Position numbers and translations under genes: made by a program
Shown: positions 1 through 12,326 of the stretch, piece after piece
Numbering within the stretch: the first letter of the stretch is position 1
How the letters are laid out: each line of letters starts with the position of its first letter
Notes under the pieces: model-generated
Told to the model about the DNA's origin: nothing
Seen by the model: only the letters and a program-made list of their open reading frames with translations
The model's database searches: none
NCBI GenBank assembly: GCA_964016885.1
Contig: OZ024740.1
Location: 258,354,001-258,418,000 of the forward strand
From: Eledone cirrhosa
Lineage: Eukaryota
Direction: 5' to 3'
DNA length: 64,000 nucleotides

Positions 1-735
1 TCTTTGGAAACGTGGACAGTAGATCGTAGATATCTTAATTTGCTTGAACACTTCAAATGTGTTTAAGACGAATCCTAAACATCAAATGGCAACAAAAATT
101 ACCTGAAAAACTAATCCTTATGCGTTGAGTAGGGCATGCTTTGCGCATGAATGAGGAAAGACTTTACAGTCAATTGCATTGAGAAACATCCTCAGCACAA
201 ACCATGGAAAAGATATAAAGTTTGCATAAAAAACAAACTTAAGGATCTACAGTTTAAAGTTCAGAACTGGGAGGTGCTTGCTCTAAAGAGGGTTGAATGG
301 AGAAGACATGTGAAAGGGGGCAGCAGTATGTTTGAAGAGAGACGTCTTGATCATGAAAAGCCTAAACGTTAGCTTCGAAAAAGCTACAGTTTGAAATTCA
401 ATAAGAACATAAGGAGCTGTAGTTGAAAAGTGCATGGTCGTCTAGCCCGCTAAATCTGGGTACATCACTCATTTATATCACATGAAAATCCAACTGTATG
501 CAACACTATCCCTCCAATAATAGGTAGTGGTGTACAAATACATGCGTGGTGTACAAAAACATCTGTAAATCAATTTCTAGACTTAAAAGGCACATGAGGG
601 TACATAAGGATAACATCCCACAAATCTAACCCAATGAACCCATTAGTAGGCATAATTTTGTCTGTCACATTTGCTACAGACAATCCAAATCAGTAGCTGG
701 ACGTAAAAGCCACCCAAGAGGCCATGAATGGACGT
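1..735 (+). mobile_element. Decayed 3' end of an RTE-like LINE (post-RT region plus C2H2 zinc-finger remnants)
   Basis: ORF 151-372 (KPWKRYK..NWEVLALKRVEWRRHVKGG) resembles the RTE C-terminus. Downstream frames give C..C..SRLKRHMRVH and FVCHICYRQSKSVAGRKSH-like fingers. Frameshifted. Confidence 0.65.
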
Positions 736-899
736 TAAGTCAGCTGTCGCATGACAGTGGTGCGGACGTTGATGGGAGGGATTACCTCCCCACTACAAAC
801 TCCCTCAAGAAGAGACAAAACATAAGAACCAACACAATTTATTGAAGTCGATTTTTCGGGCAAGGAGCAACAGTGGGTCCAAGTGTGGAAACTGATTAA

Positions 900-3335
900 G
901 CGAGAAAGAACCTGGGCCAACCTAACCTTCTCGCACGAAGCAATAGTAGCATCGCAAAGGAGGACTTTGCATTATAGATATATTTCAGTGCAGACCTGCA
1001 AAGCGAAACTCGCCACTCAGACTAAAGTTGAAGCTGCACTGAAATGCATTAAGAAGACATAGAATAAAATTCAAGGGCCTGACAGTTCGGCGCTATCATG
1101 GTGCTGTTCAAAACCAAAGCCCTTGCTATTAAACACACTCTCACGGTGAAGAACGGCCCGCATAGGGATGTACCCGTCCCAAATACGCAGAATAATGGTA
1201 AAGGTCTGCATTCCCAGTATCCCGCCAGGAGTGAACCTATTGTGACTCCTGAGATGCGAGGTCGAGATGGGTACACATATGTGGGTATACATCTGCGAGC
1301 CTTCTGCCTTCAGCTCAAATATCCAGGGGGCCGCAATCTTCCGTTGCTGTAAACGCCAGTACTGGGACGTAAAACTCCACAACCCCCAACATCAGCAACG
1401 GCAGTACCATCAACAGCAGCAACTCTCATCGAACCACCACCGCCACCGGCATCGAAACCAACCCACGTGGAAAATGAAGAAAGCTCTCCAACACCCCCTC
1501 CTGAAACAATACACACATAAACACACAGACAAATACAATCACTCAAATATCAGAAAATAACACAAAGTCAGAATCTTCTAGTAGCGAAGACGAGGGACAA
1601 CCAACGAAGATAAAAACCAAAAACGCAAAAACAAGAAAAAGAAAATCACAAACATCCCTTACTCAAAAACAACTGAAACCACAGACACACACCCGAAACA
1701 GCACCAACACTAACATCTCCACCACCACCACAACAACAACAATCTCCGAAACGGAAACAACCACAACAAACAGAACAAAACAAGACACACAACTTCGTGC
1801 TAGTAAGAAGGGCCAGCGAGGAGTTGATGGCCCTGATATCACGAATGGATGAAATAGAAAAAGAGGCGGAAATATTTGGCACCAGCACATTTTGTATGCC
1901 ACAAAATTTACTACTGGTACGAATGTCGGTCGACTCCTACAAAGGGATAAGGGAGAGTCTGGGGTGGAAGAATCCAATGTGAACCCCACATCAAGACTTT
2001 TAAAGAGATTCCCAAAAGAATCCCCACCAACCAAGGATGTCGAATAGCTCAAGATCAACAGGAGCCCAGGATGTAAATAAACCTTTCCTCTCCCTTTTAG
2101 CCTGCCAACATGACCATCTTAAGAGTAGGATGCTTGAATGTTCGTGGCCAGGGTTCGTCCTGGAAGCAGGGTCACCTGTTCAACGACCACATGTCACTAG
2201 ATATGGATATGACGGCCGTCAGTGAGACCAGGATTTCTTACACGCACGCACTAGCCCCCATTTTCGAAGACTATGAGATCTTCGAATCTCTTAGTCAGTT
2301 GGAAATGGGGTAGCAGTGCTGTTTAGGAAAGGCCTGGATCTCGAGGTAAGATTGATTTTACTGGACCCGGACGGTAGGTTGGTGGTCCTAGACGTGAACA
2401 ATAGTGTAGGTTGTGCTTTCGACTGCTGGCTGTCTACAGGGGGCAGACGACCGGACTTCTTTAGACGCCTGAAAGCCTTTCTGGTTACGTCACACCCTTT
2501 ACGGTTAGTGGAGAACTGGAACGGCATCTTAGACACATGCTGGGATTGTGTGGGAGTAGCTGATAGGATCGGGGATTGCAACGGAATCAAGTATGTGATC
2601 AGCCAGTTCCAACTGTCTGGCAGGTACCGACTAGATATCCTTAATGCGCCAAGTTTAGACGTGGACCAATCACATAAAGTCATCTAGATCGTACATAGCT
2701 TTTTTATTAAGTCAATAACTGTGGATAGTTTAGATTGTCCACATTTTGAAATGGTGATAACTCTCCTAAACACAGTGTTTAAGATTTTGACCAAGCTTTT
2801 AGCGAAGAAGTTGGCGAGGATTTTGTAGGGGAGGCGAAATGTGGTGCAATCCCGACAAGATCAATACATGACAACTTGCATATCTGATGCGACATATCAT
2901 AGAGAGGGTATTGTGTAAACCTGGCTTCGGTGGGGATTTGATCAATTTATATAACTCGAAAGTTTTCGATAGGTTCGATCATCGATACCTGGAGGCTGTC
3001 TTCACGGAAGTTGGGGTCGGTCACGTCGTCAGAGGCTGCATCACTACAAGGCACAACGTCATCTGCTTGGTGGTCAAAATTAAAGACCATCTTTCGGAAC
3101 AGTTTCAGATCTCTCGATCGGTCCGTCAAGGGTACCGTATTCCCTCTATTCTGTACGTATTGACTCACGAGCCTTTACTGCGGAAGCTAGAGTTGTTGCA
3201 GAGCATCCAGCTCGAACCGGGTTGTGAAATGTCTGTGTCGGCATACGAGGAACATCACCGTGATGGTGTAAAACACCTCGGAAATTGAGATTGTCGGCAC
3301 ATTCTTTGAGGAATATGAAAGGTTTGACAGGTAAT
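900..3335 (+). mobile_element. Degenerate, internally deleted L1/Tx1-like LINE (ORF1 remnant, APE endonuclease start, RT fragment)
   Basis: 2110: MTILRVGCLNVRG...VSETR (APE motifs). 2316: GRLVVLDV. ~2756: ITLLNTVFKILTKLLA. 2887: KVFDRFDH...SRSVRQG...LYVLTHEPLLRKL. Many stops and frameshifts. Confidence 0.8.
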
Positions 3336-3552
3336 TTTATTCTAGTATGTGCAGCAGTGCTAAATCCATTCATAAAGTGACATTCATTCGTAAGTACTAC
3401 AAAGAAATTACAATATTTTTAAAATCGGGAAGATTGAGCCGTCGTACTTCGGGATAGTAGAAGGCCTGTCTTGGTGTGATGCTATTAATACATTTCTTTC
3501 TAGGTTTGCCAAAACTGCTTGTATTATATATATATATATATATATAATACAA

Positions 3553-3645
3553 GAGGTTGACTTTGCCTTTCATCCTTACGGGGTCGATAAAATAAAGTAC
3601 CAGTAATGCACTGGTAATTGCTGGCCTTGTGCCTAAAGTAGAAAC

Positions 3646-3648
<3 letters not shown>
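3553..3648 (+). mobile_element. 5'-truncated tRNA-derived SINE
   Basis: Core GACTTTGCCTTTCATCCTTACGGGGTCGATAAAATAAAGTACCAG and tail TTGCTGGCCTTGTGCC shared with about 12 other copies in the window. Confidence 0.85.
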
Positions 3649-3689
<41 letters not shown>

Positions 3690-3830
3690 TTCAAGAGTAA
3701 CCAATCTTAAAGAGAAAGATGGAGATAGGAGAGGAGAAGAGATATTGGTGAATTAGATAGAAGCCAAAGCTTGTGAAATTTGTGGTCTTGTTTTGCTTAA
3801 CTAATGAATATATATATATATATATATATA

Positions 3831-3941
3831 TTGGAATAGAATGAAACGAAATTTCATTTCTCACTCTTAGTACGGCACTTACTTAAATGTAAGTATGTAT
3901 GTATACGTACATACATATATGTATACAGACGTACAGTAGTA

Positions 3942-3985
<44 letters not shown>

Positions 3986-4545
3986 CAGGCACATATATAT
4001 ATATATATGCATGCTACTGTACGTCTGTATACATATATGTATGTACGTATACATACATACTTACATTTAAGTAAGTGCCGTACTAAGAGTGAGAAATGAA
4101 ATTTCGTTTCATTCTAATCCATTTATCGTTTTCGGTGCGCCTGGCCGACTGAACTCACTCGATATGCAAATTAGGCTGCTCAGCCGTTAATTTTCATAAG
4201 GAAAGTATATACTTTCGAACGTTCAACCATCTGGCAGAAGGGTATACGGTGCTGACGATAGCTAACAAGCTTGAAACTAGTACATCGTTCCTGTGTTGAA
4301 CAAAAAGGTGACGTTGTTGCCTGAACACTGTACGGCGTAACTCAAGCTGTCCGTTTGTTTACAAACGAACAAAGTGAACATTATAATAAATGTTCGGTAA
4401 ACTGATACGTACATATATATATGTGTGCCTGTATGTATATATATATATATATATGCATATATATATATATATATATATATATGCATGCTACCGTACGTCT
4501 GAATACATATATGTATGTACGTATACATACATACTTACATATATA
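3831..4545 (+). mobile_element. Retrozyme-like HHR element (420-bp family), with an inverted 5' partial copy forming palindrome 3831-4121
   Basis: Matches the unit of the 24549-26252 array. ORFs 3854-4054(-) and 3899-4099(+) are near-identical, reflecting the inverted repeat. Confidence 0.85.
4246..4288 (+). ncRNA. Minimal type I hammerhead ribozyme (family A)
   Basis: ACGGTG-CTGACGA-T-AGCT-AACA-AGCT-T-GAAA-CTAG-TA-CATCGT. Stem I ACGGTG/CATCGT pairs, and stem III is the palindrome CTAG. Confidence 0.88.
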
Positions 4546-4874
4546 TATATTTATAGTATTAAAAAAACGAAAAATCAGTGATGCATATGGACTCAGTTTA
4601 TTGCGTGTTACAATTGTTTCACCGGCAGGTAGCTCGAGACATGATCACTGTATGGATCTGGCTGATTCTACGGCTGCAGGTTCCTTCGGACACATGCAAT
4701 TCGTTCGGAGCAAATTTTCTCACTGAGAAACAATTGTAACACGCAATAAACTGTGTCCAGAAGCATCACTGATTTTTCGTTTTTTATACTATTCACACTC
4801 TGAATATTGAGTGCTAATTTTGGCATACCGCCTATGGAAGCACCATAGCTTCCATTATACACACGTATATATAT

Positions 4875-4939
<65 letters not shown>

Positions 4940-5199
4940 TGTGTGTTCAAACATAGGTGTTCAAATATCTCGTCTCTACATACTGATTAATAAAGAGCCT
5001 TGAATTCATTAAATTACGGGAGATAAATGTGAGTCTTTAACTCTGTTTTTTAATTTGATACATTGGCTCATGATTCATTTATATGTGTAAGTAGAGCTTC
5101 TTAAGTTGAATGGTTCTGAGCTGCTGTTTTTAGCGGTCTTTTGACCTATTCAGACTACCATGTTATACATGAAACTGACTGGCCTATTTTACTGATATG

Positions 5200-5430
5200 G
5201 CATTCTACTAATATGTAAATCAGGCCGATAAGTCACTATATATTCCAGAAAATATCATATATTTTCACTGACTCTGACAGTTGGCACGTAAACAGTATAT
5301 GGTACTGATGAAGGGTAATCACCCCAAAACATTACTGTCTGCCGTTCTGTGTATATGCTAACACAAGAGCAAGAATGAGGGGTCATTCTACACACATACA
5401 TAGGCATGATTGCATGATTGCAAACAAATC
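5200..5430 (+). mobile_element. Dispersed repeat (family E) with a degenerate HHR at 5299-5345
   Basis: ATGGTA-CTGATGA-AGGGTAATCACCCC-AAAA(for GAAA)-CATTACTG-TC-TGCCGT. Homologous copies at ~10070-10430 and ~29275-29690. Confidence 0.7.
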
Positions 5431-5432
5431 GA

Positions 5433-5608
5433 TAGGGCGGTGGATTGGCAGTATCAGTAGAGAGTCGGACGCCATGCTTTCCAGCATAGTTACGTCCCTT
5501 TACGGTCTGTGTTCAAATCCCGCCGAGGTTAACTTTGCCTTTCATCCTTACGGGGTCGATAAAATAAAGTACCAGTAATGTACTGGGTGATTGCTGGCCT
5601 TGTGCCAA
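5433..5608 (+). mobile_element. Full-length tRNA-derived SINE (Nin-domain-like core)
   Basis: A-box-like TGGCAGTATCAGTAG, B-box GTTCAAATCC, core CTTTCATCCTTACGGGGTCGATAAAATAAAGTACCAG, AT-rich tail. Confidence 0.88.
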
Positions 5609-5653
5609 AAGTAGAAACAAATATTAATAATCGAAAAACTCAGGTTTACATTG

Positions 5654-5687
<34 letters not shown>

Positions 5688-5714
5688 ACATATGTGTGTG
5701 TGTGTGTGTGTGTG

Positions 5715-6335
5715 TAGGGAGAGCTTTATATAAATGAGACTAACTTAATTTTGTCTATCTGGTTGTGCTCTCATAAATGAGTTTTTTTTTCATTTAAATA
5801 GATGTAACATTGCTTCTTTTTGTGATATCTTATCTATATATTTTTATCCATTCATTGATAAGTATGAGAGACTAACTAACCTGTTAATGAATATTATCTC
5901 CTCCTTAATTTGTCTTTTGGCTGCTATTTCTAGCGTCATTATAAGCCTGTCGGAAACTCCTAATATATTTAGAGGGATTTATCATTTAAAAGTTCAATAT
6001 AACGTGTTTTGAACAGTATGCTGCCTCGGCAATGGAACGGTATGTATACTTTTATGATCAATGTAGGCTCGTAGTCTTGAAAAATAACCACCCTGAAGAG
6101 GATCACGGATTCTTCCAAGATGTGGTTATTCCAATAATTTGTTTCTTCCGTGAACGAAACCATGTTACGGAGAAGATTATATATGTGAGACTAGCTTAAC
6201 TTTCTCTGAATGGCTTGTGCTCCCATAAATAGAGGGGTTTTTTCACTTAATATTGCTTCTCTGAGTGATAACTTATCTATATATTCTATCCATTCATTGT
6301 GATGTTTAAGTATTAGAGACTAATTAATCTTATAA
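5715..6335 (+). repeat. Diverged direct repeat (5733-5890 vs 6186-6335) enclosing a degenerate HHR-like motif at 6088-6172
   Basis: TGAGACTA.CTTAA.TTT...TTGTGCTC.CATAAAT occurs twice. Between the copies: CTGAAGA...TCACGGA/TCCGTGA...GAAA, with a poorly paired stem I. Confidence 0.5.
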
Positions 6336-6810
6336 TTAATATATATATATATATATTATATATATATATAAATTAGAATTTTAATTTTTACCCTAGCGCA
6401 GATGATACACAGATATATATATATACATACACACACGTATATGTATATACATATGTACGTATGGGTTATATCGAACATTAAGAATAACGTTCAATTAGTT
6501 TGTAAACAAATGGCCCCATTTGAAGCTGTGCTTGTGCATACTTATATATATATTTTTATATATATATATAGGTGTGTGTGCGGGTGGGGGGGGGGGGGCG
6601 TCTGTGTATGTGCGTTAAGTATTTCCGTAGAAAAGGTAAAGGAAAGAAAAGTGCTCTATGTATAGTACAGAGTTATTTCATTATGTAATAAACAACACAA
6701 TATGATTATTCCATTACCCAAGGTTTCACGAATGTTTGACTATTCCAACAGAAACGTCTGTTTCGTTCATCAGATGGAATAATTATATTGTGTTGTTTAT
6801 TACATTGTTA

Positions 6811-6860
<50 letters not shown>

Positions 6861-6991
6861 CAAGAAAGTAAGTGTTGGTAAAATCCAGTACTTCAGTATG
6901 CGGATAGGGACCACTCAACGAAGATATAAGTTCTTGAGTTATAATAGTGACGAAACATAAGTCAATTGCATGAACTCATAATCCTTTATTT

Positions 6992-7047
6992 ACTGCTATA
7001 TATATTTCGATGATAGCCATTGAATGGCTATGACCTCATCAGGCATT
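6992..7047 (-). ncRNA. Type I hammerhead ribozyme (family B), left-arm copy
   Basis: Minus strand reads AATGC-CTGATGA-GGTCATAGCCATTCAATGGCTATCATC-GAAA-TATATA-TA-GCAGT. Confidence 0.8.
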
Positions 7048-7156
7048 TAGTCAGTTCTTAGATATGCCGGCTCTGTGTTTATAGTGTTGATGGTATCAAA
7101 GGCTCTGATACCATCAACACTATAAACACAGATCTGGCATATCTAAGTACTGAATA

Positions 7157-7212
7157 ACTGCCTGATGAGGTCATATCCATTCAATGGGTATCATCGAAAT
7201 ATATATAGCAGT
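7157..7212 (+). ncRNA. Type I hammerhead ribozyme (family B), right-arm copy
   Basis: ACTGC-CTGATGA-GGTCATATCCATTCAATGGGTATCATC-GAAA-TATATA-TA-GCAGT. Stem I is perfect and stem III is the palindrome TATATA. Confidence 0.85.
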
Positions 7213-7274
7213 AAATAAAGGATTATGAGTTCATGCAATTGACTTATGTTTCGTCACTATATATATATATATAT

Positions 7275-8710
7275 AAAGTAATAATAATAAATTTGAAGAC
7301 TAAAATCCAAATATATTAGAACCCTAGAGCAAATATTTATTAAAATAACTGATTAAAGTTTAAGCAAAGAATCGCTGCTTTCACCCTTAACGGGATCTTC
7401 TGAAACTCAAAATCTGTGAACGCAGAAATAAATATTTCGAAAAACGTTTGAACCGAAGCACAAACAGGAAGACGATACTTTGGTTCGTGGAGACGTTCAC
7501 AGGCAATGAACAGGAAAAAAGCGAAGATAATACGTCATTATTTGGATCGGGAAGAACAACTACACGCAAAGACAAAATCACGTTTATGGTATAAATGAAG
7601 TCGTTGACTAATATTCTATTTAGGAAACCGAATGATTCTCGGCTTCACAGTTAAGAATAAGGTTATTGAAATCAACAATAATTAAATATATACATGCACG
7701 CATCCATATACATACATACACATACATACGCGAAAATACCCGCCATGGGTATGCATATACAAGCACGTACACAAAAACACGCGCACATATACAAAAACCC
7801 GCGCAACACCTGTACCCGCACACATACGAACGTATACTCCAAAATCGCATAAAAATATATTTAAAAAATATATATATATATGTGTGTGTGTGCGTGTATA
7901 CATATAATTATATAAACGTATATAAATATACACACATAAATACGTATATAACGCGCGCACACACATACCTACAGGTAAATACACATATGTTCGTTAAACG
8001 TACGTCAACCAAAACACAAAGTACACATATACACACCCTACATACGTGCAAACCCGCATACACAGGCAAACGCAAAATACACGTATACACATAACCATAT
8101 ACACATGTACCAGTATATATAATATAATATATACACCTATAACAAATACAATCAAATATACGTACGAGAAAGGATACGTACCTTCACAAGACATACAGGT
8201 AACATATACTTACCTATACAAATAAGTAATGGTGTTTCCAGGGCTTCAGCGGCGCAGGGGTCGCATGGTCATGTATTTCTGTTATACCATCTAGCTTTAG
8301 CTAGGATCCCCCAGTGTAACCCTTATTGGGTGTGGTTATCTTTTAGATTCTAGATATAAGCTGAAAGTGACGTCATATTCCGTCTTAAAGGGTTAGGAAA
8401 AGAATGAGTATGCATGTAAAGACGCTGCTTGAATCTATTGGCGGTTAACCCTACCATCCTGCCAGCATAACCAAGAACCTGGTAAGAAACATTTCTTTGA
8501 GGCTTTCCTGTATATCTACAAACGAGAATATTTTCACCGACCATTCCACATATTACAATGAACCTCTTGCTCGGAGTGGATTTGTCGATAAGAAAGCATA
8601 TACCGAGTATGAGCATAGGCCTAGGAAAAATAGATCCCGACGCATTACATGGTATAACCCACCATATAATATGGAAGTGGTCACAGCATTAGCTAAGATC
8701 TTTCTCTTAC
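7275..8710 (-). mobile_element. Truncated Nematis-like PLE copy with internal deletions and a 5' inversion
   Basis: 8235-8452 matches the GIY-YIG end of the 12310-14800 element in the same orientation (GLTANRFKQRLYMHTHSF). 8453-8710 is its thumb region on the opposite strand (RRITWYNPPYNMEV). 7900-8235 matches 12345-12650. Extension to 7275 is inferred. Confidence 0.75.
7356..7408 (-). ncRNA. Hammerhead-like motif with non-canonical CAGAAGA core (family C)
   Basis: Minus strand reads GAGTTT-CAGAAGA-TCCC-GTTAA-GGGT-GAAA-GCAG..TTGC-TT-AAACTT. All three stems pair. Confidence 0.6.
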
Positions 8711-8759
<49 letters not shown>

Positions 8760-8761
<2 letters not shown>

Positions 8762-9170
8762 TGTTAAAACAATCAAGTTTTAGTTTAGAACATTTATTTG
8801 CTGACAATTGTTTCTTCCAGAGGGAGGTCTGTAATCATCGGAGCATAGGGAATGTCAAAACATGTGACTAAAATCCTAGTCATTCAGAACATTTAGGATA
8901 CATAAGTGTTGTTAGTGTCATATACATCATGAGGAGAATCAGGAGTTAAAAAGATGTTTTGCTTGAGAGAACACAATTACAAGCAGTACTGGTTGAAAGT
9001 GTAAGAGGTATAAGCAAACAACACTTATGTATCCTAAATCTTCTGAATGACTAGGATTTTAGTCACATATTTTGACATTCCCTATGCTTCGATGATTACA
9101 GACTTCCCCCTGGAAGAAACAATTGTCAGCAAATAAATGTTCTAAACTAAAATTTGATTGTGTTAACACT
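8760..9170. repeat. Inverted repeat, arms ~155 bp (8760-8913 and 9016-9170), each with an HHR-like motif (family D)
   Basis: The arms are reverse complements with few mismatches, separated by a ~100-nt spacer, and begin right after (TA)n. Confidence 0.9.
8799..8845 (-). ncRNA. Hammerhead ribozyme with CCGATGA core (family D)
   Basis: Minus strand reads TGCT-CCGATGA-TTACAGA-CCTCCC-TCTGGAA-GAAA-CAATTG-TC-AGCA, with palindromic stem III and a GUC site. The plus-arm copy at 9085-9131 has TCGATGA. Confidence 0.7.
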
Positions 9171-9392
9171 TTGTATCTCGGCTCTGTAAAACACTTGATA
9201 ATTTGCATTGAGCCTTTTGTCTTACCGGTAACTGGCTAGTACTTAGTACTTCCCTCCATATTTATAATTGTATTAAACATATATAAATATAAATATTCTT
9301 ATTACTATATATATATATATATAAATGTAAGTATGTATGTAAGTGCCATACTAAGAGTGAGAAATGAAATTTCGTTTTCATTTTCTTCAACT

Positions 9393-9544
<152 letters not shown>

Positions 9545-10060
9545 CACTCCTTTGACCTGACCATCTTCACCACTTCTTGTGGCGCGCGCCACTATAACAT
9601 TCCACTTCCTCATCGCCGTTTTCGAACTCTGGAAGAATGGATTTACCACATGGATATTCGCACGATTTTAAATCCGGATCTTTACCATCCACATACACAC
9701 ACACACATCCATTCAAAAACTTAGACACTTGCACCGTTTTTGCACACACGCAACGACACATTTCACACGAACCCACATCACCTACAGACACACCACGCAT
9801 CCCCTTCTCTTAACCACACATTATTTTATATATTCCGTTTAATTCTATTTTGATTTTATGTTTTATATTTATTGTTATTTCTATTTTGACCGTCCTTTCA
9901 TATGTTTCCTGCTAACTCCGTCCCTCACTCACTCTCAGAGTTCCTCCCTCCACACCATCACACACTATCCTGTTGAATGACTTATGTTCGAAACGTCGTA
10001 AACACCCCCACCCCCAACATTCTCGCCAAGCGTGGAGCTAATAATACTAAGTACACTTGA
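9545..10060 (+). mobile_element. Probable PLE 3' remnant with a degenerate HHR at ~9965-10005
   Basis: SSPLL/VARHY-like translation resembles a GIY-YIG end. Motif CTGTTGA-ATGACTTATGTTC-GAAA-CGTCG-TA. Confidence 0.4.
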
Positions 10061-10069
10061 CTTCTGGTT

Positions 10070-10430
10070 GATCAGTGGATCTGCTAATATGCAGATCTGA
10101 CTGATCAGCCAGTCTGCTAATATGCAAACCAGGTCAATCAGTCACTGAATATTTTAGAAAATATCATATATTTTCACTAGCTCTGAGAGTTGACAGGTGA
10201 ACAATGAACTGAACTGTTGAAGGGTAATGCCCAGAAAATTTAGTGTCTACAGTTCTGTTTACATGCCAACACAAGAGCAAGAATGAGGGGCTCATACTAC
10301 TGATATGGCTTTAAATATGAGGCTTGATTGCATAATTGCAAACGAAACGAATATTATTATTAATATTCGAAAGACTCAGATTACATTTATTGTATTCAAC
10401 CATGTAGTGCGAAAATTTTTATTTTTATTA
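10070..10430 (+). mobile_element. Family E repeat with a degenerate HHR at 10208-10253
   Basis: ACTGAA-CTGTTGA-AGGGTAATGCCCA-GAAA-ATTTAGTG-TC-TACAGT. Homologous to 5200-5430. Confidence 0.7.
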
Positions 10431-10680
10431 TATACTAGCAGAATGGTCCGGCGTTGCTCGGGATTCTAAACATAGATTGGCATGTTTATCCTTCCTTTCT
10501 GAAACAGTACAGAGAAGTACGGAATACCTCGGCCTCGGGATGGTGTCTACATTTTGTGCTTATAAAAATATTCGTCGTAGATAACCAGGGTTTTTTCCGT
10601 GCGAAGAAAATCAATTCTTTATCGCGAAATAAATACTTTTGTTTATATTTTGTTATTGTGTATGCAAACATATCTGTACA

Positions 10681-11080
10681 CGATATTTCGTTTCATTTTT
10701 TCCGTTTATCGTTTTCGGTGCGCCCGGCCGATTAACTCACTCGATATGCAAATTAGGCTGCTAAGCCGTTAATATGCATAAGTAAAGTATATACTTTCAG
10801 AGTTCAATCATCTGGCAGGAAGGTATACGGTGCTGACGATAGCTAATAAGCTTGAAACTAGTACATCGTTCCTTTGTCAGTGTTGAACAAAAGGGCAACG
10901 ATGGTTGCTAAACACTGTAAGGCTTAATTCGGGTTGTTTGTTTACAAACAAACCGAGCATTATAATAAATGTTCGGTAAATCCATACGTACATATATATA
11001 TATATGTGTGCATGTATGTATATATATATACATACTACTGTACGTCTGCATACATATATGTATGTACGTATACATACTTA
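10681..11080 (+). mobile_element. Retrozyme-like element (420-bp family), about one unit
   Basis: Colinear with the unit of the 24549-26252 array. Confidence 0.85.
10827..10869 (+). ncRNA. Minimal type I hammerhead ribozyme (family A)
   Basis: ACGGTG-CTGACGA-TAGCTAATAAGCTT-GAAA-CTAG-TA-CATCGT. Confidence 0.88.
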
Positions 11081-11114
11081 TATATATATATATATATATT
11101 AAAATAACGGATTA

Positions 11115-11167
11115 AAGTTTAAGCAAAGAATCGCTGCTTTCACCCTTAACGGGATCTTCTGAAACTA
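11115..11167 (-). ncRNA. Hammerhead-like motif with CAGAAGA core (family C)
   Basis: Nearly identical to 7356-7408. Confidence 0.58.
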
Positions 11168-11223
11168 AAAAAATCAATCTGTGAACGCAGAAGTAAATAA
11201 TTCGAAAAACGTTACACACTATG

Positions 11224-11341
<118 letters not shown>

Positions 11342-11899
11342 GCGTCATGATGTCGTAATGCAGACATACAGACAGATATTGCAGACATACATACAGACAG
11401 ATATTATAAGGGCGCAACGTTATATCTATGTATCTATCTAAAGAGAAAGACTAACAATTAGAGAGAGACAACGCTAAATCGCCTAATGCGGTCCCTAGGG
11501 CATTGAACATTTGAAATATATGTTGCTCAAAACACGCACAGGACCATAAGTATTACATGCGTATAGTTTGAAAATAATTGGTTGGGTGGTTCTCGAGTTT
11601 TAGGGAGTCAGACAGACAGATAGACAGACCGACATTCTCTGTTTTAGATATATAGATATATATGTAACACGTATAACCGGTATATAAATAATACGTATGA
11701 CCGGTAACATATCAATGGATATTTACATCTCATTTGTATTTTTGTTATACAACTGCCTTATGTGTTTGAAATATATATATCAAAATAAATAGGGGTGTAC
11801 GAAAGAAACTGTCATTCTTATTTATTAAACAAAAATCGTGGAGTGTTTTAACACCTGTTAAGAAAATGTTGGCAAATTTTCAATTAACCAAGTTTCTTC

Positions 11900-12012
<113 letters not shown>

Positions 12013-12038
12013 GAGAGTGAGAGAGAGAGAGTGAGAGA

Positions 12039-12092
<54 letters not shown>

Positions 12093-12250
12093 TATACATA
12101 CATACTCACCTATATTTATATATATATCGCTATAAATAATAGTTTACCCGATCTTATAAATTATTAATAGCAATCTGCTGTTACTGATACATTCTACGTT
12201 CTGGATTCACATGTGTAAAGTCCACACACACGCACACACACACATACATG

Positions 12251-12309
<59 letters not shown>

Positions 12310-12326
<17 letters not shown>

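Larger units (their letters stand above)
6944..7260. repeat. ~317-bp near-perfect palindrome with one HHR on each arm
   Basis: ATAGTGACGAAACATAAG... is the reverse complement of ...CTTATGTTTCGTCACTAT. Axis near 7102 (GATGGTATCA-aaggctc-TGATACCATC). Confidence 0.92.

Noticed and set aside
5433-5530. tRNA gene
   Set aside because: A and B boxes are present, but I see no full cloverleaf, and the sequence continues into a multicopy SINE body.
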